From: Ramazzottius varieornatus
Lineage: Eukaryota; Animalia; Tardigrada
Direction of reading: 5' to 3'
Length of the DNA: 64,000 bases
Assembly (NCBI GenBank): GCA_001949185.1
Contig: BDGG01000005.1
Location: 3,015,972 to 3,079,971 of the forward strand
The position numbers and the translations under genes are program-made. Below the pieces are notes generated by a model. The model worked only from the letters and a program-made list of their open reading frames with translations. It ran no database searches and was not told where the DNA came from. Shown piece after piece: positions 37,286 through 50,928 of the stretch; positions within the stretch are counted from its first letter, which is position 1; the number at the start of each line of letters is the position of its first letter.

Positions 37286-37922
37286 GTGTAAAATTCTATC
37301 GACTCTATGATTATGTGTTGACTTTCGGCATCAAACGATTTTTCTTTTGAGTAGACCAAAATGTGGAGGGTCGTATGATTACTTTATCTCGATACGTTTT
37401 GACAGTTGTCGTGTGACAAGGTATTCATAGGTAAATTTGACCGGTGTGTAAGTGCAGTGAACGAACTGCGAGATAAACGAGGTCACAGTAAGGAAGAAGG
37501 AAGTCAAGGAAGTTTCCTTCCACGGCACGCACCGAGACTCCCTAGGTGGCCATCTACACCCTGATATCCTCACATGTCCCTCGCCACAAATTGAGAGAGG
37601 AGATGTGCAGTTTATCATGGTGCACAGATTGCGCTTTATAGGCTGGCAGGTAGGGAACTCTGAAAGGAAGCTTTGAGAAAGACAAGTCGCTGTGCGAAAC
37701 GGAAATTGTTACAAAGGCGCATTCCAACACCCGCAGAGCTGCCACACTAAAATATCCTTACATCATCTTCTCTCGTTACAACCCTTTCTCGGTATTTTCC
37801 TCCTTCTCACCATTTTCTGAGGAATATTTTCTTTCGTTATCCCAACGATGGAAGTGTCAAATATCCCATTTTCGACTAATTTCCGTTGAATAATTTTTCA
37901 AAATATTTTTCTTTTTTGTACC

Positions 37923-40900
37923 ATGAAGTTTTCATGTCTCCGTTTTGTGTGCTGGTTTTGGATAGTATGTTCTATCGAGGAAGTGTGTTGTGGTTCGACG
38001 CGGCTGAATATAACGGTGGTGACTTACGGGTCGCCGAAGAGGTTCCTGAGCATTTCCTTGCCCTACACTGCGCCGGCTTACCAGCTGGCTGTGGAAGATA
38101 TTCGCGATTCGTTCAGTTTCCACGTCCAGCAAATATTCATCCAGACAGAAAACATCACGACATGTCAAGATTTGGATAGCTATTCCTACCTAGTGCCACA
38201 ATATTACTACCGCGAAAGAAGCCCGGATAGCCTTTTCGTCATTGCGCTACCCGGTACGCTCCATTAAATCCATACCGTGTACAACTTGACCCTTCTCAAA
38301 TTACTCAACAGCCCTGGCACGAACGGGTTTACTTTTTCTTGCAGGATGTGATGAATTGGACACTCTTGGAGACCTTAGTCGAGGTGAGGGAATGTAGTTT
38401 CTGTTTTGCAGTGTAATCAAACATAGAGCAAACGCCGGTGGGGTACTTCTGAAAAGAAACGGAGCACTGGAAAATATCCTCGATGAAGTTTCAGAACTCA
38501 CTTTGGGTGGGAAAAAGACATTGACAATCAGCGCAGTGGACAAGTGATAGTACACATTTTTTCTCTGCTAGAGTGGAATACGATGATATTGTCCAGCGGC
38601 AACTCGTTTGGACTGAAAGGTCGTCACTACGTGCGCTTCCCGACGGCAGTGTCTTTCAGTGTCATCAACTTTGATGTGTGGGCCAACTGTATTGCGGCTA
38701 TTTTAACGCGCTTCCAGTGGACGTCCATTTCAATAATATATGATCGCTGGGGAAGTAATTCCTTCTACACAATGGTGGTCGACAAGCTGGTAAAGCTCTT
38801 TGGCCCGGCAGAACATCCAGAGTTAGGATTCAAGATCCAGCTTTTGCCGGTGTCTACCACCGATGCGCCGGTCACGCACAGCGTCAGACAAGAAGCTCTC
38901 CAACGAGCTCGAGATAGTAGCCGAAGTGAGTTCTCAGTAGAATATCCAACCAGAAACTGAAGTCAAAACATCGCGATCCGAAGGCTAACCTGACAGGATG
39001 GTGTTTGCAAGTGGCGCACGCTTTTAGCCAATAACACCAACAACGTGCGCCACTTGGGGAAACGGGCCTGTCGAGTTCGTTGGACGATCTCCCAAATGCT
39101 ACAATTAGACCGATTTGAATTTTCCCTCCAAACTGCTCGTGCGATAAGTGTGGTTGTACATCATGATTTAAATAGAAGTAAGTGATGTCCTTATGTTCCA
39201 GTTATTTTTTTGGCTTTTCGAGCTGATGAAACACGGAAGTTTATGGTAAGTGCAAAGACTCGTGATAAAAAAACGGCGTACATCGATAAAAGTTGTCCTT
39301 GTTGTTTCTGCTACCCAGGTCACTGCAGCCGGAATGGATATGACCAACTCCGAATATGTGAGTTCCATGTTGAAACTACCCAGTATGAGTAGGGTTAGGA
39401 CTACAACCAGGAATTTTGTAAACGCTTGAAGTCGTTCTTTGTTTCAGGTTTACTTTACTGTCGAACCCTACCGGGATGTAGAGTTCTTTGGCCGGTTGCA
39501 AGCTAGCTTTAACGATTCTTCTGACGAGGTCAGGGAAATGCTCATGGTTTGACGTGTTGCGATGTAAGGAGTGTAGTAACGTTTCCCAACTGTTTAGGTC
39601 GCCAGGAAGGCCTTCAGATATCTCTTCCAGATCACGGGCACGTGCACCAAGTCCGTATCCGTAGGCATGCGACGGTTACAGGATCAGATCAAGCGTCGCA
39701 GTGCTGTCGAGTACGGGGTCAAATATCGTCACAACGAAGACGTAGGTGTTTCTTGTGGGTCTTCCCCGATTTTAGAAACGTGCTGCCTTTGACGCGTCTA
39801 AACGTCACGAAAGTCCTTCGAAAAATCAAAACGGGCGTGAGTGATTGTTTTCCGGTTGCAGCCAAGTGAGTCAGTCCTCGCGTCGTACTTCTCCGTCAAA
39901 ACACTGGGAATTGTAAGTCAAAATTAGAAGCCCATTAATCAATAATATGATCATTTGTGTCGGCAGACGGGCTCGACAAGATCTCTTCCCAAGTGATGCA
40001 CGCGGGTAGCCAAATTTACTGAAAAGGGACGTCACCTGAAAGTATGATTTTGTCGTTCCCAGCTGACGCAGTTTGCCAGTGTATTAGCCTCAAGCGTGAG
40101 CCCCTTGGAAAAACGATCCGACAGAGTTTGTTTGCCGCTTTCCAAACCTCGTCCACCGTTTTATAATAGAAATTCCGGGATGTGATTTAAGGTTAATGTG
40201 AACATATCTCTTCGGTCAACCAGGTTGTTGATGAGGCGTTGAAAGCCGGGGCTGATGTATACAACGGGGCAGCGATGGCCAGGCGTTTCTTCAATCATAC
40301 CTGGTACCTGAACGAGCGGACCATCAATATTGATCCCATGGGGAACCGCATAATGGACTTATGCATGCGAGCCTTCGACAACGACTCTGACACCTTCCGT
40401 GTACGTTCATTAAGCTCTACTTAACCTATTAGAAGACCTGTCTGGTCTAGCCATTTATCAACATTGAGCAAGCTACATTGGTGTCTTTAGCGAGTCTCCA
40501 CTTGCAGAATGTCATGTATTATGACCCCACCTTGACGACACTGTCCGAGTTGGAACGCATCAAGTGGTACACGGAAAATGGCACTCAGCCGCCCAACGAA
40601 CCACGCTGCGGCTTCAAAGGGGACAATCCTGCTTGTGCAGGTACTGTAGAAAAATGACACGACAGCTGTGCAGTGTGATATCACCGCTACAATGTCTATA
40701 CTTGAACACAATCAATGAATTCGATCGAGTAAAACCTTTCGGAGCAAATCTTCTTGATCAACATCAAGTGAGTCTAATCTTTTTGCGTTTTTGCTATTGG
40801 ACAGAGCCTGGCCCGGGGATCGCCTTGGTGGCCGGCACCGCCGTTCCGGCAGTTGTTCTGCTCCTTGTGGTCAGTTTATGTGGCTTTTGGTAAGCGCGAA

Positions 40901-43793
40901 ACGTATTGCTCCTCCTGTAGTTTTCTGATTCCATACGACAACGCGAACTTGACTGCAAATCACAGCCACATGGCGTGGGTTGATGTTGTAGGAGGTTTCG
41001 AAGGGAGGTCGAATTGAAGGATAACTGGTGGTTGGGAAACAAAGCCGACTTGATGTCCCCAGACAGCGCATCGAACCGAGTCCGTACATCTTCCGTCTGC
41101 ATCATGCATGCAGCGCTTTACGTAAACCCTTTTCTTTGTCCTGCAGAGATACAGTATCTCAAGGCATACTTCTCCTTCCTACTCGCTGTCCACCATGGGT
41201 AAGGACCCAAAGCACTTTCGGACCTACAGAGGCAATCCCGTCTGGATCTTCAAAGTGCAGACACTTCAAACCTTCTTTCTGAATCGCTCGAAACGCACGA
41301 TCCTTCGTGAGGTAAGTGTAAAAGATCCAAAGGCTTCGTTCGGTCTCCTAACGTGACCTTGAAGACCCAACGGTTCGCTTTCTGCGTAGATGAAGCTGAT
41401 CTCTCACGTCAACCTTGTCCATCTGCAGGGTCTCCTGATCGAGAAGGAGACTCTGACGTTCATGTACGAGTTTTGCCAGAAAGGCTCCTTAGCTGGTTTA
41501 CTGGAAAGGATGACCTTAGATTGGGAATTTCGTGCTGGACTAATTCACGACCTTCTAGAAGTAAGAATTTACTTTCGTCAGTTCTGTACGAGTTCCGTGT
41601 TTGTCATATCCAGTTCGCCCAGCCATCTGGGGGAAAATTCTTCAGATTCTTCAGACAAAAGCAACAAAGATTGGCAAACCTCAAGAGGTTAACATTACTG
41701 TCGTCAGCTAAAAGAAAACAGTGTGATAGTTTTTTGAAATTCACTTTGCACCACTTCCCTCACAACGCGCTCAAGAGCAGAAGATTCTTCAGCTATTGCG
41801 AGGGCACGTTGCCCTCCCTTTTTCTACAGCATATTCATCCATCCGTCATCTTTTTGTCTCCTCAGGGTGTGGTGGTGATTCACCAGTCGCTCATAAGGCG
41901 TCACGGATACCTAAGTCCCTTCACGTGCCTCATCGACCAACGTTTTACCTTAAAGCTCGCCGAGTTCGGCCTGTACGACTTGATCAAGGACGTGACGACC
42001 CCGGAGATGAGCAACAAGCTCTCAGAGAACAGCACCATAACTTACGCCAACACAGAGCAATGGATCGCTCCAGAACTACAGGCCAAATTCAAGACGAACG
42101 GCATGAAGAATGTCAGAAATTTGGCTGCCATAGCCGGTCCCGAGGCCGACGTTTACGCAGCAGGTGGCTTGATCGACATGGTCATGGAGGAGAACTTAGC
42201 TCTGGATGACGCAGCCGCACCTCCTCGGTACAGTCTGAGTGGGATCAGGACAATCGTCGAAGCATGTCAGCACTATGAACCCTGGAGGCGACCTATGGCT
42301 GACGAGGTCAATCGATATGGAATTTTGTTGCGATATTTCATGAAGTCTGGAAGCTCAGCCAACAAACTCGACTAGATCGTTTTTCCAGGTGGCGCATGAC
42401 TTCAGCCAATAACAGTGACAACGTGCGCCATTGGGGAAAACAGAGTCAACAAGATCGTTTTGGCAAGTGGCGCACGTGTTCGGTGATGTTGGCTGGAAGC
42501 GTGCGCCGCTTGGGTGAAAGATCTGGTCGAGTTTGCTGTCCGAGCTTAAATTCCAATTTGGGACTATTGAAGGTGAAAAGGAGGTTCGTGCTGAGAACGG
42601 GCGCGAGGTCGGGGGGCTTCTTGGAAAGTTTGGTAAGAAGAATGGAGATGTACGCCAGACGGATGGAGTTCGCGGTGCGGGAAAGGACGGAAGCACTGAA
42701 AGCCGAGAGGAAAGTTTGCGAGAAACTCTTGGAAGAAATGTTACCCAAGTAAGCTCGAACCCTACGTATGTATAATAACAGATGGAAGTCAAAACACTCA
42801 TTCTGACCGACGTCGTTGTTATTTTTCAGATCGATCGTCGAGCGGCTACGTTCAGGTTACGCCGTCGAACCCGAACATTTTTCCCGTGTGACGATATTCT
42901 TCAGTGTCATTGTCGGTTTCGTCGAGTTTGTTTCGGTTACGTCCCCGATGGAAGTCATCGATTTCCTCAATTCCATTTTCTCTTCCTTCGACGCTGCGCT
43001 CTCCACTTACGATGTCTACAAAGTCGAGGTACTGTATAGTCTTTTTTAGACATACTGTCATATTCTTGTGTGAATGAACGTCTGTGAATTTCTAGACTAT
43101 CTCGGATTGCTATATGGTAGCCAGCGGTCTTCCCAAACCAAACGAGCAACATGCGGTGGAAATCAGTCGGATGTCCATCCACCTCTTGTCGATATTCCGA
43201 AAGAGGGCCGATCACTTGCGCATGCAAATCAAGATGGGTCTCCACAGTGGACCCTGTGCTGCAGGAGTCGTGGGGAGCAAAAGACCGAGATATTGCCTGT
43301 AAGTACGTTGGCGGGGAGAAAAAATACTATTAGTACTGGAAAAGGCAACAGCAAATTTCCTGGGATGCGTAAGAGTAGGGCCTGGACTGTGGGAAGATGC
43401 TGAATAAAAAAAGGCACTGTCTACGGTAATTTTCTACGTAGTTTAATGTGCAGAATAAAAGGTTGATATGTGCTGTTGCATTGACAGGTTCGGCGATACA
43501 ATCAATACTGCTTCGCGAATGGCTTCGCACGGAAAACCATCCAGAATTCACATCAGCTCAACCACATGTGCTCTAATTCTACACATCTCGGACTACGTCA
43601 TCAAAGAAAGGGGTATCGTTGAGTTGAAGGTATGAACGCATCCCTGCTCCCATTGACACAGCCGCATGTAAAGGAAATCTAAACTGAAACGAATGTGGCA
43701 AAGACCAGAACGTGTTTTCAGGGGAAAGGAAAAGAAAGAACTTTCTGGCTGATCAGCGCCGACGAGTATTACGCCACGAAGATACACATCTAG
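37923..43793 (+). CDS. receptor-type guanylate cyclase (NPR-like: signal peptide, ANF-receptor ectodomain, TM, kinase-homology domain, cyclase)
   Basis: Signal peptide; [18 protein letters not shown]; [23 protein letters not shown]; LLEEMLP; [19 protein letters not shown]; [32 protein letters not shown]; [11 protein letters not shown]. Confidence 0.93.
39008..39056. repeat. 49-bp palindromic element (perfect arms) in GC intron
   Basis: caagtggcgcacg-N23-cgtgcgccacttg. Confidence 0.92.
39990..40107. repeat. palindromic element, degenerate 2-unit array in GC intron
   Basis: Units 39990-40038 and 40060-40107. Confidence 0.7.
42351..42547. repeat. 2-unit palindromic element with outer inverted arms in GC intron
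   Basis: Units 42386-42434 and 42464-42512. Outer arms aagctcagccaacaaactcgactagatc / gatctggtcgagtttgctgtccgagctt. Confidence 0.9.
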
Positions 43794-43956
43794 GGAAATT
43801 TTTACTGTGATTTGATATGCAAGCCGCTCTTGATATGCATGCTTCCAGCTTATCCATAAATGCTTCCAACCGGTGAATCGGCAAATTCTTCCCCTAAATT
43901 CTGTAGTCGCGTCAAAAGATCGCGGAATTTGTCACCAGCTGCAACGAGCAGCCTTG

Positions 43957-46461
43957 TTAACCATTCAGTTTCAAAACACATTTCCGAATGTCGCGCTTCT
44001 TACCGGAAAGACTGGGTGGTCGGTCCGAAGCAGCACCAGTCCCACCTTCTTTCGTACTACGGCTATTCTCAGCTACCGCACCTTGTCGGTATTTTTGGAC
44101 CACGGCCTCAGCAGGCGACATGCTCCTACCCATTTCCCCTCTCGATCGTCCTTCTCTCTTTATTTCCGCTCTGTAATCCGTCGGTGAGGCGTATGTCAAA
44201 CGTGGCCCCCTACCTTCATGCCGTACAGTCGGACTTGGTGAATTCTTCCGATACAACTGTCGAACACTGTTCGTCGGTGAAATCGCCCTGCGCGACTGGT
44301 GCCGGTGCGCGGGTGAAAATGGTCTCCGTGACTGTACCGAAGACGACCTACTGGAAAAGGCATCTCCTCTACCATACCGCGGATGTCTTTCAGTCTTTTC
44401 CTCAGTGACGTCATGTATAGCTTTCATGGGCGCGATGGCGTCAGAGCTGCACAATGAGGTCGAGCGAATGGTTTTTGCAGTAGTGAATGCCGGCTTGGGG
44501 TACGAATAGCTCCTGCTCCGGTCCTTGCTAAGACCATAGGCCGGACTGTAACTCCTACTTCGTTCTTTAGTGGACATTGGCACACGAGAATGAGTCTGTA
44601 AAGTATCCATGGATTTATATTTTGTTGGTTTGATACTGTCAGTGTGTTTCCGACATGTGGAGTGGTGGTACGTGGACGGGATGGAAGAGTTCATCGGAGG
44701 GTTGCGCGCGGTGTAGGCGTAAGGGGATGGCGAAGGTTGGCGTTGCGGTGCGGATAGGTTCCTCTTGTAGACGGTGTTTTCGGCTTGGAGTTTGCGGACT
44801 TGGACGCGAAGGCTATCGAGTTCGCGTTTGGCTAGACTGAGTTGTTTGGCGAGGACGTCGGACTGACGAGCCGCCTGGTAGGTTCGTTCTTTCCATTTGG
44901 CTCGTTCGGCGGATAGGTGGCGTTCCATCTGACGTACGCGGTGGCTGTTGTCTTCCAGGAACTTTTCCTCGAAATCTTTTCGATTAGTCCGCTCTTCGGT
45001 CAGCGCTTCCTGCAGAGTAACCTTGAGCGATTCCAATGTAGATGCCCAACGGAATATGGAAGCAAACCAACTCGATCAGACCGTGTTCTATGTGGCGCAC
45101 TTTCTCAGTGCTGTCAGCTGTAAGAGTGCGCCTCTTGGGGGAAACGATTTGGACGAGTTGGTCTGCAGAGTTTCCATACGAGGTAAACGACATAATTCGG
45201 GCTGATCGATTTTTCGCACCATTATTCGGGCAACGCGAAAGGTTTGAACATTACCTTCAACGCTTGATTCATCCCTCATCGTACGTGTGCTGATATAACA
45301 TTAGGCTTTTTAACATTGGACAGACCCATCTCTATTCCAGGCCGAATTCCCGTAATCTACAACGCTTTCCCGTTCTCAAACGTATTGCAACCTCGAGGAG
45401 AGGGATCAGTCTACCTCAGGAAACAAGAAACGGTTCATTACGCGCAGCAGGAGCTGAGAAAAAATATGCCCGAATTACGAAATGAAAAACCCCTATGCCC
45501 GAATTATGTCGTTTACCTTGTACTGTAAATATTCCCTGCGTCCGCGTAGTACGTACACGTACACGACGATGCACCCCCGCAGGGAGTTGCGCAATCCGTG
45601 AAACTGGACTGGGGCTGTAATTCGCTTGTACAATGACGCATTTGCGGACGCAGCGAATATTTACAGTAGTTGTACGACAACGTTTACCCGTAGCTTCTGG
45701 TTTTCTTTGCGAAGGTGTTTAACTTCGATCTGGTATTCGACAAACGCGATCCTTTGATCGTTGAGGTCCTCTTCGCCATGCAGATGTATGTGGCTATGGC
45801 TCTTGGATTCCGGGAAGAAAGCCATGGTGGATTTCGAACGGAGCTGCTGGTCGAGTGGAAGAGGGATACTTCCATCTTCAAATTCCGTCTGGTATTTGAG
45901 TATCAGGTAGACCCTTTGTGCGCTGTGTATAGACGTTTCAACTTCCAAACTCCCTATAGCCAACCCAAGCAGAGTGTGGAAAATCTTAAAAGAACGGCTA
46001 GGATCCTAAATGCATGCATCTGGCCCATTTGAATACTGCTTACCAATAACCAACTCAAAGTTTGAAAACAATTACATGAGCATTGGCAAGAAAATTTGCC
46101 AGAACGGAATCAGTACAGTAAGTGATGGGACGTACATACTAGACGCTCGAATCTTCATTCCAGCACTTTTCCCCATTGTGGCAATTTCTTCGGGCTTGAG
46201 CAGGTCCAGCGAAACACTGCGAGAGGTTTGCAGGATAGCGGCACGCAGCATGGCAGTAACTGAAGAGAAACTCTTGGCGCTTCCGGCTGCATTGGTGAGT
46301 CGCGTGATAGTCTGGACGTTGAAGACGCCACGCCAGCAAATCTGGGTAAGTTTGTGCATGGCTTCCACAGTCAAGGATTCGGTATCGTGTGAATGAAGCT
46401 TCAAGGTCAAAATAAATTCGCTGCCTCGAATCAGCAGGGATTTCTGCACTTTACGCGGCAT
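43957..46461 (-). CDS. CCDC61: CCDC61/VFL3 (SAS-6-like head, coiled coil, basic low-complexity tail), multi-exon
   Basis: Head IRGSEF..WRGVF..ITRLTNAAGSAKSF..ML..A..VSLDLL, spliced to RVYLILKYQTEFE...PLPL. Coiled coil and RS/SP-rich tail in 45036-43957. Confidence 0.8.
45089..45137. repeat. 49-bp palindromic element in CCDC61 intron
   Basis: tatgtggcgcac-N25-gtgcgcctcttg. Confidence 0.8.
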
Positions 46462-46939
46462 TGCCGCTTCAACATTTCCTTGGCGTTAACCACCCTTTTC
46501 TTCCATTATATCCCTCAGCAGTTAGATACTAGATAGAATGCAGAAATGATGAAGACTGGACCCGGAAGGAGCTCCGTTTGGAACTTGTGAACGATATTAA
46601 TTGTAACTCACTTTCTAAATGTAGAGTTCGCCAAGGTGACTTTCAACGGCACTCGAACCAAAAAGGCACAAACAAGGTCTGTTTATCTTTCTGAACTCAT
46701 ACTAATAGCAATAGTTACCTCAACTGCGCTTTAGACAGAGGACCGCAACATGGCAACAAGTCATTTCGAAAGCGTAATGTTAGTATTTCCGACACAAATC
46801 GTATACAGATTAACAACAAAAAATGTCCCAGATAGGCGAAAGTACTCAAGCTGTGAAACAAGGAAAGGGAATCAGGGTATGGGGAAAGTGTTTATGATTT
46901 ATGGAACTCCTCGCGCAAAAGACTACTCATACAAGAGTT

Positions 46940-48372
46940 TCAGCATGCTTTCCACCCAGGCCAAATGAGGGTACGAATGGCCCACCATGCACCGGCATCG
47001 TCCAGTTTCTTGAACAGCATGTAACAACGAGTGGACACGGAGCTTTCTTCCCTTCTGAATTTTTGCTCATTCATCCGAGCTGCTCTGGAGAAACCCAATA
47101 TCTCACGGTCAAGTACCATTGAGTCGGCCAGTGTAACGTCGAAGTGCGTGTCGTATGGAACCCACGCGGTGTCGTCGCGTGTGGGCCAGTCGTACCCTTC
47201 TAGAGCATCATCGTGAGAAAAACCAGCTGTGCAGTTGAGTAAACGCAAGGTAATGGGTCGAAGAATCTTCGCGAAGTAGATGTAGGAAGATGCGTAGTTG
47301 GACTGGTTGTAGAAAGTGACGGTGTTGATCGGATGCGAGGAGTTCTTCAGGTTGTGGTAAAGTCTGGTGTGTTCGTACCAGCTGCAGTTTCCCGTTAGAA
47401 AATAGCATGTGACGGATACTTCCTGATTCCAATAAGAGCAACTGTTCGAGTTCAACCCGGAAGAAACACTGCAAGACAAATTTTAGAAAGTCCAAATTTC
47501 TATCAGCCCGCGCGATCTTTTCTGGAACCTGGAAACACTTACCGGCATAATCGGCTGGCTTGGCGAACATCCAAGCAGGCAAGGATCTCATCACGCACCT
47601 GGGATGGGAGACGATTCCACAAACTACAGACAGCATCAGCTTCTCCACCTGAAGCACAGGGACGAAGGGTCCGCGCAAGCCCAACGAGAGCGCTCGAGCA
47701 ACCGAGACCAAAGAGCCATCGTCCAGTTTGGCGGCTTTTGCACGCTGTTCCGGGTCTTCATTGTCCACGCGGGTCTATGCAGCCTGGACCTGAGGATCGA
47801 AGAGCCTTAGTCGGTCGAATATCCCTTCTTGTTTGAGATACGACTGTAGTGAAATGGTGCTCACCCGGTCTATCTCATTCCTTGTTTCGTACCAGTCCAT
47901 GCACAAACCGCGAAGTTGCTCCAGTTTTAAGTCACGGCCATGTCCTGATCCTCGTAGCGCGCGGTGTCGATATTACCATACAATACCCACAGGTCGGTTT
48001 CCCAACCTGCATGATCTGCTGTTGATAGCGTCGAGTTTCATCTGGAGCGTACTGGCATTTATCCACGACTGGCTATCGGCAGTGGTAAGCTCGGCAGTGT
48101 TTTGCTTGCTGGAAAGAACAACGTCCACTTCCGCAGTTGTCGAACCGTCCATTGCGAAGTCCGGTACTTGATCCATGAGAGCGATCATAAATACAATCCC
48201 CGGTCTTGCCCGTAACGTTGCATTCGTCAAGTACTAACTTCTCCAAGGAATAATCAGTGCCGTAAATTCTAGGTAAGTTCTCTGTGCCATAGTGATTCGA
48301 TACCGTCACGAAACGCTTCCTGGCTCGAAGCAAAGCCATTCCATTAATGTAAGGGATATCCATTCTGTCCCC
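46940..48372 (-). pseudogene. fragmented gene, probably an extracellular Cys/N-glycosylation-rich protein
   Basis: Overlapping protein-like ORFs in shifting frames (48363-48073, 48230-47973, 47768-47208, 47479-46940) with no convincing introns between them. Confidence 0.35.
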
Positions 48373-50928
48373 CTGATAGAATGGCTTTGGTTCAATAAAG
48401 CACTACACTTGACCCAACGATGCTACACTTTTCATTATTTCGGTACTTTCCGCGGTTAAAATTGCATGATTCTGTCGCGCACTGCTGTATCAACGCAAAG
48501 CGACTCTGTAGCTAATCATGTATCGCGTTTTGTTTTGTGGCTGATTTTGAAGCAGAATTTCAGATATGGGCTGGCATAAGTTCTAGCTGCTTGATGACTG
48601 ATTACTGCTTCTTGTCCGCAGGTCATCCCAACTGCAGTCGGAAAGGAACGTCTCTCTTATCGGTGCTTATCTACTTTTTCTTGCTATGCTGTTGCATATT
48701 TTGAAGTTGTTCGAGCTCGACATGTTGCATCAGGACTCAGGATACACTATCTCCAGTTTTTCATATGCATGTCTCCCCCTAATCTTCGTCGATCTTGTCG
48801 CTAGACTTTGTGCAGTTTCAGACTCGTCGTGTTGTAGTGTTTTACGAGGTTTAGCACGGTTTTGGTTGCATCTCGGTAAAATTGAATTTTCTATCAGAAA
48901 TCATGTTTTCCATCTCTGCTTCAGCTAGGAAAAACAGTCAAATCTGTGTTTGGGCGGTGGAGGTGTATTGAACCGTGGAGTAGATCCTTTACCTTTACCG
49001 CGGTGTCTCCGGTTTGATGGTTTGGCTTTCTGGGTGCTACGCTTGACAGATTTGAAGCGGATAGATATCGCTGTTCCATTTGCGGTGGCTTTTGAGGGGA
49101 GACGTCGTCGCCGGCCACGTGTCAAAACGTTGGAAGGCATGGTGTGGGAAAGGGGTAATAAATTTCCAGCGAGAAATGAGTAATGAGAATGTATTCCAAT
49201 TATTCCACGGAATATTGAGCAGCAAGAACAGATGTGGGTAATTCAATCGCATCGACAAGCGCATAGAAGATTACATTGAGATTTCACCCAAGATGTAACT
49301 TGATCGAACGTCGTGGTCAAGCTTTGCTTCGATGCAGTGAATGCTCGACAAAGCCCCTAGTGCCCGTGAAGTACACACGAGATCTCTCTTGCTGTAGTAA
49401 CCAGCCAGGATAGGTAAGAGCGTAACCTGACCCGACGTCGTGGCCGAGCCTAGCTTCGACGTGGATAACCACTCAGCATAGGCGGCTGGTATCGGTCGAA
49501 AATTGAGAGATTCGTGAGATGCAAAGAGCGCGAATGCAGTTGTGTATGAAGAATGTTCCGTCGAGAGAGCTTCGTGAACGTATTCGTGCGGGACTATCTC
49601 TGCCGGAAAGCAGGAGGAGTCAACAGCCAGCCATGGCGAGTTACTGGATAGAGTTAGCGAACAAGGAAGTACATTGAGCTGACCAGCAGGAGTACGTGAA
49701 TGCGGCGCACATGTACTGCACCGCATACACGTATCAGGACAGTCCAGGAAAAACGCCATGTCCGGTCAGGTAGTTATAGGAAGGGAAAACGCTTATCTTT
49801 CAGAAACATTAACCACAATTATCGCTAAAGACAGTAATTTTCAATTTTCGGACACAGAAAAAGCTGTTCTTGACAGAATGAAAATAGCGTTTTCTGTGGT
49901 TTTTTTCCTTCGAATTTTTAGCCGATCTGATGTTTGAAAACAGGCCTTTTTAGATCCGGGTTCATTGACATTTGCTATCTAATTGTTATTTGATTGGTTA
50001 CGAAAACGTGACTGCCACGATACCTAAAGCAAAGTTTTACGTGGCGTTTCAATCCGAGAAAACGTGTGAGGCCATGGGGCCATCAGGTTCTCCTTCTAGG
50101 GTGCCTGAGCGGACGGCTGTACCCGCCCGGCTTCATCCTGAATACCAAAAAAATACGTATATGCAGTAGCGCGGTTTACGGATACCAAAACAGAGAATAC
50201 AGTACGTAGGTGCCAAAATATTGTGAAATTCGCAACCGATAACAAAGCACTACAAGGGAAAAAGGATTGCACCATCGAGTACAGCTTTATTCTGGAAATT
50301 ACCCATACGAGCTAAAACGTGTAAGGTTAGCCGGCCTACACCGGACTCGTAAATTTAGCCATCTAAATTCACCTGCTCACTTGTACTTATCCGCGTTTGT
50401 TGATGGATAGATCGATAGATAAAACGATGAGCTGTTGAATGGTATGAACCATATCAGGGGCCATGGATGACGTCACAGTTTGACCGTGAGCTCCCGGAAG
50501 AAAATACGGACGCATGAAAATATCTGTTCTCGTTGTTTTTAAACGTCTGTCAGTTTGATTTCCTACGGCACTAGCTGAATTACGTACTCCTCGAAGTGAA
50601 GATTTCAAATTTAAATTACACTCTAAAAAATCGTGAATCACGCTGTCAGGTCTTCGTAGCGCAACAAATGGTGGTCGATCGGGCATCACTTGCGCCGTCT
50701 GCCATCGTCTGCTCCAACGAACTGCCCGAACCTAGTTCACGAACAGAACTACAAGCAAACCGAGGATTCAGTCCTAAGTTTCATGACGACTGATAAAAAG
50801 GAAGAGAAAAGAAACGAATGGTCTCATCAAGCATAATTTTAAGCTAATCATGGTCACAATTATGTCTATTATATCAAGATTTACGAGACTGCAAACTTTC
50901 GAAGTGACTGAGCGAGCGACGTGAGTGT

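Noticed and set aside
48686-50800. Short ORFs and weak gatttagc-like motifs
   Set aside because: No convincing TIR/TSD or protein motif.
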